DNA of 64,000 nt from an uncultured virus (IMG/VR IMGVR_UViG_3300047319_001119) (lineage: Duplodnaviria; Heunggongvirae; Uroviricota; Caudoviricetes), in the IMG/VR virus record IMGVR_UViG_3300047319_001119; one strand, 5' to 3'. The notes beneath the pieces were generated by a model. That model was not told the DNA's origin. It saw nothing but the letters and a program-made list of their open reading frames with translations, and did no database searches. The number at the start of each line of letters is the position of its first letter. Position 1 is the first letter of the stretch. The translations under genes were made by a program, and so were the position numbers. Below are positions 1 through 7,546 of this stretch, one piece after another.

Positions 1-906
1 ACTTAGTTCGCTCCACGTATCGTCGTGCGCAGTCACCGTCACTTCGCCCTCGTAACTGGTGACAGCGATCGTGTCCTTCTCGTACCGGCTCTCGTTGTGC
101 TTGATAAGCGCGTTGGCCGCGCGGCAAATCGCGGCAGCGCAGCGGTAGTTTTCTTCCAGCTTAATGACTTTTGCGCCCTCACTGGTGTAAGCCATTTGCA
201 GAAAGCCGCGCGGGTAAGCGCCGCGAAACTCGAAGATCGCCTGGTCAATGTCGCCAATGAAGAAACGTGACGCCGCAGGGATCGCCTTGTAGATCGCCCA
301 ATCAATATCGGCGCTGTCCTGCGCTTCATCCACGATCAGGTCGTCAACACGCAACTCGTGGCGCACTTCATCGCGCGCGAGCAATTGAGCGGCATCGAGC
401 AGGATCCGGTCGTAATCCACGAGGTTGTTGCGTTTGAGCAGGAATCGATACTCATTCCAGATCTGTGCGGCCCGCGGCTCGTCGCGGTGCTGAGTGATAA
501 AGTCCATGCTCAGAGTTTCAAACCCCAGCCGTTTGCGTACCTCGAGCAACAAATCCTTCTGATCGGCTTCGGGCAGGATGCCCACGTTGCCGTGCGCGTA
601 ACCGATCTTGTAACCGAACTGGCGCACCACCTTGAAACAGTAGGAATGGAGCGTCCCGACAAAATCAACGGTCAGGTTCTCGCACACCTTGTGAATACTG
701 GTTTCGCCGCAGTCCAGAATCCGGTGGCGGTACTCGTTTGCGGCCGAGTTGGTGTAGGTCAGGACCACTACCTTACGCTTGTCCCGAGCGAGTCGGCGCC
801 CCCTCAGAACGCCGACTCGCGTTTTTCCCGAACCCGGCCCTGATGGAACAACAATGAGCGGCGCGTCCAGTTCGACGGCCTTGCGTTGTGAAGCGTTGAG
901 CGTCAT
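1..906 (-). CDS. UvrD/Rep/PcrA-like SF1 DNA helicase (3' end runs off the window)
   Basis: Not in the ORF track; read by hand from ATG at 906: MTLNASQRKAV... Contains motif I SGPGSGKT, Ia VLTYTNSAA, GTLHS, II LIVDEAQD, III GDIDQAIFEFRGA and IV LEENYRC. The ATG overlaps the upstream stop (ATGA). Confidence 0.93.
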   Translation of the reverse strand, partial: MTLNASQRKAVELDAPLIVVPSGPGSGKTRVGVLRGRRLARDKRKVVVLTYTNSAANEYRHRILDCGETSIHKVCENLTVDFVGTLHSYCFKVVRQFGYKIGYAHGNVGILPEADQKDLLLEVRKRLGFETLSMDFITQHRDEPRAAQIWNEYRFLLKRNNLVDYDRILLDAAQLLARDEVRHELRVDDLIVDEAQDSADIDWAIYKAIPAASRFFIGDIDQAIFEFRGAYPRGFLQMAYTSEGAKVIKLEENYRCAAAICRAANALIKHNESRYEKDTIAVTSYEGEVTVTAHDDTWSELS

Positions 907-1223
907 GGGTACTCGAGTAATTTGTCGATGCGCCCGTTAATTTCGCGCACCGCGTCCACATCCTGAATTTCCTTCGCGTGATAGAGCGCCTTGGCTTGCA
1001 ACTCCTTGATCGGTCCCATCAGATCGTGGTAAGCGCTTGCCCACAGCACTTTTCTCACAGCGCGCCGCATCTGTTCCCGAAACATCGCAATGTCTTTCGT
1101 GTACAGTTGCTCAGATTTAGAGTAGCAGACCGAACCGACCAGCGGAAGCGTGCCGATGATGCGCGTTTCCTGACTCCCTTCCAAGTCTATCACGGTGTAC
1201 TGCGTTTTGAGGAAATCGATCAT
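903..1223 (-). CDS. hypothetical protein
   Basis: 106-aa ORF with ATGA overlaps to both neighbours. Confidence 0.7.
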   Translation of the reverse strand: MIDFLKTQYTVIDLEGSQETRIIGTLPLVGSVCYSKSEQLYTKDIAMFREQMRRAVRKVLWASAYHDLMGPIKELQAKALYHAKEIQDVDAVREINGRIDKLLEYP

Positions 1224-1786
1224 TTCACCAGCTCCAATGCCATGTCGCGCGCCTCGGTGAGTTGCTGAAATTTCTCGGCGTTCCCACCCGTGTCAGGATG
1301 CGCCTCACGGAGCTTGCTTCGATAGGCGGATTGAACGGTATGCGCGGTATTCGAGTGCGGTTCCAGCCCGAGAACGTCCCAACAAGAGTCGGTTGTTTTC
1401 TCATTCAGCGCCGTGAACCCCGAGAACATCGCGCGGATCATGTGCTTGGCGCCCCAGCGCTCCATGCCGCGCATGGCCTCGATGGTCAGCGCGATCGCGC
1501 GCACGTTGGCTTCAATCCGGTTCCACCGGTCACACGGCATCGCCACCTGTTTCTCCTCGTAGTCGAAATAGGCGACAACGGCTGGGTCTTTCGGGTTGGT
1601 GTTGCCGAGCGTGTAATTACTCGACAACACCACGTTTTTCCCGCCCAGGCGGCGCACTTCCTCGTACAAACCCTTGAGCGCACCGGCGACCGTCACGTTC
1701 TTGAACCGGCTACCGCTCTCACGCTTGTTCGCCTCGGTTTTCGGCCAACCCTTCGGCCATTGAAGCGGATAGGCGCGAACGCTCAT
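1220..1786 (-). CDS. phage J-domain (DnaJ C-terminal-type) protein
   Basis: N-terminal YPLQWPxGW; C-terminal J domain WDVLGL...AYR...HPDTGG...FQQLTEA. Confidence 0.88.
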   Translation of the reverse strand: MSVRAYPLQWPKGWPKTEANKRESGSRFKNVTVAGALKGLYEEVRRLGGKNVVLSSNYTLGNTNPKDPAVVAYFDYEEKQVAMPCDRWNRIEANVRAIALTIEAMRGMERWGAKHMIRAMFSGFTALNEKTTDSCWDVLGLEPHSNTAHTVQSAYRSKLREAHPDTGGNAEKFQQLTEARDMALELVK

Positions 1787-2190
1787 TTCCCCTCCTTCAC
1801 CTTTGCGAGCTTGAATGCTCTATCTCTTACACCTTTAGCCCATGCCGCCCCCAACTCATTGCAGATTTCATTCAGCGCTTCCACCAGCGGTTGCTGTAGT
1901 GCGTTGTGGGTGGCTACTAGTTCAGTGACATCCTTAAACTCAGGATCTATGTAAGCGATGCTGTGGGAGTGCTTGCCGTTCGGATGCACCGTCCACTCAC
2001 CCTGCGCCTTGTCTGCCGCGCCTGTCGTGGGTTTGGGTTGGTTGGGCGACGGCCAATGCACCGGACAGGCGCAAGTAGCGTGACTGCAAGTGCAACTCTC
2101 GCCTGTCGTGGGTTTGGGTTGGTCGTGACCCAATGGCCAGATTCGCCCACTGAGTTGTTTTCCTATCGCGGGTTTGGGTTGGTCGCTCAC
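1783..2190 (-). CDS. hypothetical protein with three QPKP(T/A)xG repeats
   Basis: Likely GTG start at 2190 overlapping the upstream TGA; repeats visible in DNA and protein. Confidence 0.65.
   Translation of the reverse strand: MSDQPKPAIGKQLSGRIWPLGHDQPKPTTGESCTCSHATCACPVHWPSPNQPKPTTGAADKAQGEWTVHPNGKHSHSIAYIDPEFKDVTELVATHNALQQPLVEALNEICNELGAAWAKGVRDRAFKLAKVKEGK
2019..2185. repeat. three 24-bp direct repeats (cctgtcgtgggtttgggttggt core)
   Basis: Copies at 2019-2042 and 2100-2123 are identical; 2162-2185 matches 2102-2125 at 22/24. Confidence 0.9.
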
Positions 2191-4109
2191 AGTTGAATCA
2201 CCTGCATATCCGGTAGCCACACGTGATTGCCTTCGAGCGCACCGGCCACGATGAACTGGTCGATGTGACCAGCTTTCCGCGCGGTGCGAAGTAAGCGAAT
2301 TAAGTCCAGCCTCCGGCAATCATCCAGCCGGCCAAGTTCGTCGAAGATCAGGACTTTAACCGGCGCGTTCTGAGAGAGAGCAGCCGCGATCGCTACGAAC
2401 GTGAGTGCCTGTTCCGTGCCGCTAAAGGTCTTGTGACTGATCCACCGGTGACCGTCCCACCGGCCTACCTCACCCTCGTGGAACGCCAGCGGCGTAGCCA
2501 TGATGGGCCCGACGATTGCGTTGGCGACCTTAAGCAGATCCCCGAACACGGCATCGACCAGCGCCGCCTGTTTCTCCCGCAACGCCTTACCGATTGCCTT
2601 GATGACTTTGACATGAGCGTCAGCGGTTTCATGCTCGAGCTGCGCCTGTGCCGCTCGCTTAATGTCCTGCTCCAACGCTTCGGCCTCTTTGAGCTTCTTC
2701 CGCGCCTCGCCATAGGTGGCAAGCGCCTTCTCGTTCTCGGTTACAGCGGCATCGACCACTTCCTTCGCCACCGGCTCGACCTTCTCTTTGTCGAGCTGCG
2801 CCTTTTCCTTGGCGAGATTATCCAGCCAGTTCTCCCGCTCCTTCTGGCGCTTTTTAAGCTGCGCGTTCCAATCAAAGATTTTCCGGTTCCACTCGCGGTT
2901 AGCCAGTAGCAGATCCTGCGCTGCCTTCACTTCCTTCTCGGCATCGCCCAGCTCCTGCTTACCCGCAGCCAGCCCTTGGACCATCGTGTCCACTTCCTTT
3001 TTCAACGCCAGATAGTCCGCGTCCAGCTTGGTGCGCAGATGATCTTTCCAGCCCTTGGACTTCGCTCCGCAATGCGGGCAAGCCGTCTGATCACCGAGTT
3101 CTTTGAGTTCCTCGGTCAGTTCGTCCAACCGCTGTGAGTTGATCCCGAACCGCTGCACCAGCCGCGCGTGGTCCAGCCGCATCTTGTCGAGTTGTTCCTC
3201 GCTGACCTTGGACTTCACAACCGGCTTTAACTTGGCGGTCGCTTCCTCGATCAGTTTTTCGAGCTTCTTGATCTCCGTTTGGTCCTCAAGCGCCTTAGCT
3301 AACTCCTTGTGCCTCAACGTACGCGCTGCGTAGCTATTGTAATCCCGTTCCTGCACCCGCAGGTCCAGAAGCACCTTGTAAGCGTCCTGCGAAGCTGTGC
3401 GACACAATTCCTCGTTGTCGCGCAACTGGCGCACGTTACCCGCCTGGTTTTCCTGCCGGTTCTTCAACTCGGTCAGCAGCCGGATCGCGCCCTGCGTATC
3501 CTTCGCTCGCGCGTTGTGGATCTTGAAATGCTCGGCCATTTCGTTGATCGCCTCGGCCAGCATCACCTGCACAGTGGCCGAGTGGCGCCATTTATTCACC
3601 TGAGCAATCATGGCGGCTTTGGCGTTCTGCACGGCCTCGGTGTGTTCTTCCTCGAAGGTGATGCGCTCCAAATCGGCAACAATTGCCGATTTGGAGAACG
3701 CTTCGGGCGTCTTGGCGATGTTGAACACGTACTCGTAACGCTCGCGCTCGCTCATCCCGAAGTAGGCCGCAGCGTTCAGAAGCGGCACGGTCTGGAATTG
3801 CTCATTGAATCCAAGCCGGTCGATTTTGACCGTGTTGCCCTCCATCTTGGCGAAAAAGGAAATCCCGTGAGATTCCTTCCCGTTCCCAAGCGTTAAGCCA
3901 ACACCCAACTTTTCGCCAGATGACAATTGCCACGTGGCTTTCGGGAGCTTCCCCAGCTCCGGTAGGTACCCGATCAGGCACAGCCTGATTGCGTCGATGA
4001 TCGACGTTTTGCCGGTGAAGTTTTCACCCACGATCGCCACTTCGGGTGACAGATCGTAGGCGAAACTCCGGCCCTTGAGGTTTTCGGCCTCAACGCGCGT
4101 AATTCTCAT
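2187..4109 (-). CDS. Rad50/SbcC-like SMC-family ATPase
   Basis: Start MRITRVEAENLKG; Walker A GENFTGKT; long coiled coil with central CPHC zinc hook; signature FSGTEQ; Walker B/D-loop LIFDELGRLD. Confidence 0.9.
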   Translation of the reverse strand: MRITRVEAENLKGRSFAYDLSPEVAIVGENFTGKTSIIDAIRLCLIGYLPELGKLPKATWQLSSGEKLGVGLTLGNGKESHGISFFAKMEGNTVKIDRLGFNEQFQTVPLLNAAAYFGMSERERYEYVFNIAKTPEAFSKSAIVADLERITFEEEHTEAVQNAKAAMIAQVNKWRHSATVQVMLAEAINEMAEHFKIHNARAKDTQGAIRLLTELKNRQENQAGNVRQLRDNEELCRTASQDAYKVLLDLRVQERDYNSYAARTLRHKELAKALEDQTEIKKLEKLIEEATAKLKPVVKSKVSEEQLDKMRLDHARLVQRFGINSQRLDELTEELKELGDQTACPHCGAKSKGWKDHLRTKLDADYLALKKEVDTMVQGLAAGKQELGDAEKEVKAAQDLLLANREWNRKIFDWNAQLKKRQKERENWLDNLAKEKAQLDKEKVEPVAKEVVDAAVTENEKALATYGEARKKLKEAEALEQDIKRAAQAQLEHETADAHVKVIKAIGKALREKQAALVDAVFGDLLKVANAIVGPIMATPLAFHEGEVGRWDGHRWISHKTFSGTEQALTFVAIAAALSQNAPVKVLIFDELGRLDDCRRLDLIRLLRTARKAGHIDQFIVAGALEGNHVWLPDMQVIQL

Positions 4110-4113
4110 GGCC

Positions 4114-4857
4114 TCAAAACGGAATGTCGTCCTCGTCCTCTGGCTCTGGTGGCGGTCCCTTGCGCACCGGCTTCTTCTTCGCTGGTGGTCGCGGTGGCTC
4201 CGGCTCGTCCGGTTCTTCCGCGTCGTCGGGATCAGGCGAACCGGTTGGCGGTTCGTCGTAATCTTCCTCATTGCTACCATCACCGTCAGGCTGCGCGTTC
4301 CATTCCTCGGAGTTCATAACCTTCTCTTGAATCCACTCCGGTAGCTTGGCGAAATCACCGCCTTCGCCGTCCGTAATCTCGTAGTTGATCCGATCAAGAC
4401 TCGATTTCGGGCAACCCATCCCCTTCGGGAGCTTCACAACGCTGGTCACCTGCGCGTAAACCCTGCCCGGATTCTGCTTCGATTTGCGGTGTATCACAGC
4501 CACCATGCAGGCTTTTCCGATAAGCACCTTCATGTCGAAGCCCTTGAGCTGTGCCTCGGTGAAATCCTCACCGCGCCACGATTCGAGCACGTGCCGGAGA
4601 TTCGCCCGCTCGTTGAGAGAGAGCGTGTATTCCGCTCCGACCATGAAACTTTCCTCGCCCTTGTCCTCGTCGAAGATCGCTTTCTCAAGGGGTAACTCCC
4701 AATTGATCCGCACCTTTCGGATGAGCTTCTTCTTCTGCGTCGGACCATAGACATCTTTTTGGGTGCCGAGGTCGATTATGTGAATGCACCGCGCTGGGTG
4801 CGTGCCTACAGGCGGGAGCTGAAAACTACCGCCGCCTTTGTCGCTTGCTACTGGCAT
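4114..4857 (-). CDS. SSB-like phage replication protein (NGO0469-like family)
   Basis: PxGTHPARCIHIIDLGTQ start, YTLSLNERANLR motif, acidic tail ending DDIPF; AGAAAGGA RBS upstream. Confidence 0.75.
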   Translation of the reverse strand: MPVASDKGGGSFQLPPVGTHPARCIHIIDLGTQKDVYGPTQKKKLIRKVRINWELPLEKAIFDEDKGEESFMVGAEYTLSLNERANLRHVLESWRGEDFTEAQLKGFDMKVLIGKACMVAVIHRKSKQNPGRVYAQVTSVVKLPKGMGCPKSSLDRINYEITDGEGGDFAKLPEWIQEKVMNSEEWNAQPDGDGSNEEDYDEPPTGSPDPDDAEEPDEPEPPRPPAKKKPVRKGPPPEPEDEDDIPF

Positions 4858-5014
4858 TCTGTTTCCTTTCTTTCGTTACAGGCACGCGCATCGGGATCGG
4901 ATGACGTCGCACGTAATCATTGAACGCTTGCTGGCAAATCCAGTTCACGCTGCGCTCCTCCAACTCCGCGAGGTCTTTGATTACCTGCGGAATCTCGATG
5001 CTTTGACGCGCCAT
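4826..5014 (-). CDS. ribbon-helix-helix (Arc/CopG-like) regulator
   Basis: IKDLAELEERSVNWICQQAFNDYV fits the RHH pattern; first gene after a promoter carrying an inverted repeat. Confidence 0.65.
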   Translation of the reverse strand: MARQSIEIPQVIKDLAELEERSVNWICQQAFNDYVRRHPIPMRVPVTKERKQNASSKRQRRR

Positions 5015-5049
5015 TGGTTCAGAGTGAACCACTGCGGTTCAGGCGTCAA
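5015..5049 (-). promoter_or_regulatory. sigma70-like promoter of the replication operon with overlapping operator
   Basis: Minus strand reads TTGACG-N17-CACTCT-N6-ATG, with TGAACC-N5-GGTTCA-N3-TGAACC across the spacer, -10 and start. Confidence 0.6.
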
Positions 5050-5053
5050 GCGT

Positions 5054-5710
5054 TCAAATCGTGATTGTTGCAGTTCCTTGGTGGAACAAGTCAGGAGAAG
5101 TGGGGAAATCGCATACTCCCTCTGCGGCAATGGGATTAGAGGTTCCACGTCCGAAAAATCCGTAAAAGAAATCTCCCTGCTGTTGAATGGCTACAGTCCA
5201 CAATCCCGTACTTGCGTTGCAGCTTGCGAACACCAGACAATTATTATCATGCACAAATTCGATTGTGCCTGAGCATCCAGAGGAAGGGGACCATTTCGTT
5301 ACCCTCATTATAGCGCCAGCCGAGAGCTGAAAGGACGTTGAAGATATGCGCGGCAACACGAAGGAAGCATTCATCCCAAGATTTGCTCCCAAAAAACTTT
5401 CAGTACCAGACCCGAGGCAGCTACAGGCTACGATGCCGGAAAAGGCTACGCTTATCGAAGCAACTTCCGGCGGCGCACAAGTTAACTCAGGTGGCGGCGG
5501 CGGCGGACCTGGCTGCCCCTGCGCTGGTGGCGCTGCGCTCGTACTTTTCGGGTTCAGTTGCAACCCGAACTTTTCGACGTCCGTTTCGGTTTGAGTTACG
5601 ACAATCTCGACAGGCTTGGGGATACCGGTGGTGCCGCTATCCTGTCCGACAAGTTTAGCGAACGCGCGAGCTGCGTCGTCCGCTTCGGCGCGAATATCCT
5701 CGGGACTCAC
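5054..5710 (-). CDS. putative virion/receptor-binding protein, paralog A
   Basis: N-terminal ~55 aa similar to 6118-6963, then Pro linker and Cys/Gly/Ser-rich beta domain; last gene of the structural block. Confidence 0.5.
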   Translation of the reverse strand: MSPEDIRAEADDAARAFAKLVGQDSGTTGIPKPVEIVVTQTETDVEKFGLQLNPKSTSAAPPAQGQPGPPPPPPELTCAPPEVASISVAFSGIVACSCLGSGTESFLGANLGMNASFVLPRISSTSFQLSAGAIMRVTKWSPSSGCSGTIEFVHDNNCLVFASCNASTGLWTVAIQQQGDFFYGFFGRGTSNPIAAEGVCDFPTSPDLFHQGTATITI

Positions 5711-5946
5711 GGTTTAGCATGAAGCGGCGCTCGCGATCTTTCCATTTTCTCCATTGCGCCGGTAGGACCAGCAGACGGCTGCGCTACAGGCGCGACAGTG
5801 GATGGTTGCACATTTATACTTAGCGAAGTGACGCCACTGGTTTTCACCGTGGTCATTTCGACCGCTTGCTCTGGCGTATCAGCTTCCACCCCCAGCATCC
5901 TTTGAACCACGAACTTCTGTTTAGGTTTTTCTTCTTTCGTTTTCAT
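5707..5946 (-). CDS. hypothetical protein
   Basis: 79-aa ORF, stop overlaps next start. Confidence 0.55.
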   Translation of the reverse strand: MKTKEEKPKQKFVVQRMLGVEADTPEQAVEMTTVKTSGVTSLSINVQPSTVAPVAQPSAGPTGAMEKMERSRAPLHAKP

Positions 5947-6121
5947 GTTCTTCCTTCGGCCACCAGCGATACCGGATCGCCTCGGCCATTGACATACCGC
6001 TGTTCAGATTGAGTTGCATCCGGTTACACCCACCGCAGTTTTGTATGTTAGTTCCCGCTAGAAAGTCGATGGTTTTCGCAACCGGCTTCGCCACCTTGGC
6101 AATCGCGTCCCCTTTTTTCAT
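5921..6121 (-). CDS. small CxxC protein
   Basis: GDAIAKVAKP...CGGC; ATGA-coupled to upstream gene. Confidence 0.6.
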   Translation of the reverse strand: MKKGDAIAKVAKPVAKTIDFLAGTNIQNCGGCNRMQLNLNSGMSMAEAIRYRWWPKEEHENERRKT

Positions 6122-6963
6122 ACCGTGACAACGATTGAACCGCCCGACCCAAGGTGCGCCCAGTTATCCGTGCCGCTGCCGGTAGTACACTCTCCCCAGT
6201 AAAGGTCGTCGATTACTCCGCTGTGCGTGTACTGGTTGCAGGAAGTGTCGAAACCCGAAATGTCGTTAAAAATCGTCGGCGTGGTCAGGCCTCCGTTCCC
6301 GTTGAAGATGATGAACGGAACGTTGTTCGCTGCCGGTCCGTAATCTGTGTTGCGAATCGTGGCGTACCAGCGACCACCGAGCCGCACAATCGCCCCTTCG
6401 ACCACAGAATCATAAGGGGATGGGCTTCCGTTATCGCAATGGGAAGGAAGAACAATAGGCGGTGGCGGATCAGGGTTAGGCAGAGGGCCGTAATTGTAAA
6501 CGCGGATAATGCCGGTGTTGAAAATCCAGATGCAATCGTCGTCGCCATAGCCGGGGCCACACCAATCGGTGAGCGAGTGCGACGAGGTTATGGTGGCAAA
6601 CCCGTTAAGGGAAATATCCTGCCATTTGTTCGACCAGCTGTTATTGCAAGCGCCGTTGTCGCCAATGTAACAACCGGGGTTAATGGATATGCCCGAAATG
6701 AAAATCGAAGTGAGAGCGGGACACGAATCCGGTGGTGGCGGCGGTTCACTCGGCCCGCCTCCGTCACCGGAAGCGGGCGCTTGAGATTCGGTTTCCGGCG
6801 CCTCAAAGTTCAGATCAAAAGGCGATACGTCGGTTGAAGTTTCACTTACTTCGATCCTCGGACGACGAGGGACACCGCTGGTTTCCTGTCCCAGTTCGGC
6901 CATGCGCTCCGCGAAGTCCTGCGCCTCCTGCTCGGCCTCGGCGCGAATTTGCGCCCGTGTCAT
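6118..6963 (-). CDS. putative virion/receptor-binding protein, paralog B
   Basis: ATG at 6963 overlaps upstream stop; shared N-terminal module, poly-Pro linker, Cys-rich C-terminal domain. Confidence 0.55.
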   Translation of the reverse strand: MTRAQIRAEAEQEAQDFAERMAELGQETSGVPRRPRIEVSETSTDVSPFDLNFEAPETESQAPASGDGGGPSEPPPPPDSCPALTSIFISGISINPGCYIGDNGACNNSWSNKWQDISLNGFATITSSHSLTDWCGPGYGDDDCIWIFNTGIIRVYNYGPLPNPDPPPPIVLPSHCDNGSPSPYDSVVEGAIVRLGGRWYATIRNTDYGPAANNVPFIIFNGNGGLTTPTIFNDISGFDTSCNQYTHSGVIDDLYWGECTTGSGTDNWAHLGSGGSIVVTV

Positions 6964-7535
6964 CCCCCTAAGTGCCAGCCGGGAAACTCCCACGGCCCGC
7001 CCCAAGGATGATTGATGCCGGCGTCTTGAAGCGTTTGGTTGATGGTCGGGCCAGCCGGTGGCGAAGCTCCGTTCCCCGCAGCCCGCGACGCTGCGGTTAC
7101 GTTTGCCACCCGTGGCAAAGCGCCGAGCTTGGCGTAAATGTCCCCTACAGCTTTGTTCGCATTGGGATCGCTAACTCCCGGCATCATGTGGCTTTCGCCC
7201 TTGTAATATTCTCCTTCGCGATGAGTAGCGGTAGCTGGGTAACGATCGTGGAGATAACCACCACCGGGAATCGAGTAATAATAATTGGACAGTCCTGATG
7301 CGATCCCCGCTGCGGCCTGCGGATCAGCGAAGCCGTAACCAAAGCCGCCCCCTGAGCTTGTCGAATTAGCGTTTACGCTCCCGCCACCAGGAAGATCGCT
7401 GCCGTGAAAGTTAGCCACGTCGGCAACTGGATTTTGAGCTATCGGCGCTGTTGGGGCTGAGGTTATCGGCGTTACCGGTGCCGCCTGTTGTTGCACCTGT
7501 TGCTGTCCTTGCTGCCTTTGTAAATATGAGGCCAT
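6960..7535 (-). CDS. hypothetical virion-associated protein
   Basis: 191-aa Gly/Ala/Gln-rich ORF within the structural operon. Confidence 0.6.
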   Translation of the reverse strand: MASYLQRQQGQQQVQQQAAPVTPITSAPTAPIAQNPVADVANFHGSDLPGGGSVNANSTSSGGGFGYGFADPQAAAGIASGLSNYYYSIPGGGYLHDRYPATATHREGEYYKGESHMMPGVSDPNANKAVGDIYAKLGALPRVANVTAASRAAGNGASPPAGPTINQTLQDAGINHPWGGPWEFPGWHLGG

Positions 7536-7546
7536 TTTGGGTTCTC

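Noticed and set aside
2019..2185. Possible mini-CRISPR array
   Set aside because: Only three non-palindromic units with unequal spacing, in frame within a coding sequence, and no cas genes in the window
2490..2512. GPIMATP in the Rad50-like protein resembling the LMASxP motif
   Set aside because: Single imperfect match inside a folded ATPase region of a non-virion protein; likely chance
2187..4109. Complete SbcCD/Mre11-Rad50 or Wadjet-type system
   Set aside because: No SbcD/Mre11 phosphoesterase or kleisin partner is recognisable in the window; one may lie outside it
5054..6963. Diversity-generating retroelement target/template pair
   Set aside because: No reverse transcriptase in the window and no near-identical DNA repeat differing only at adenines
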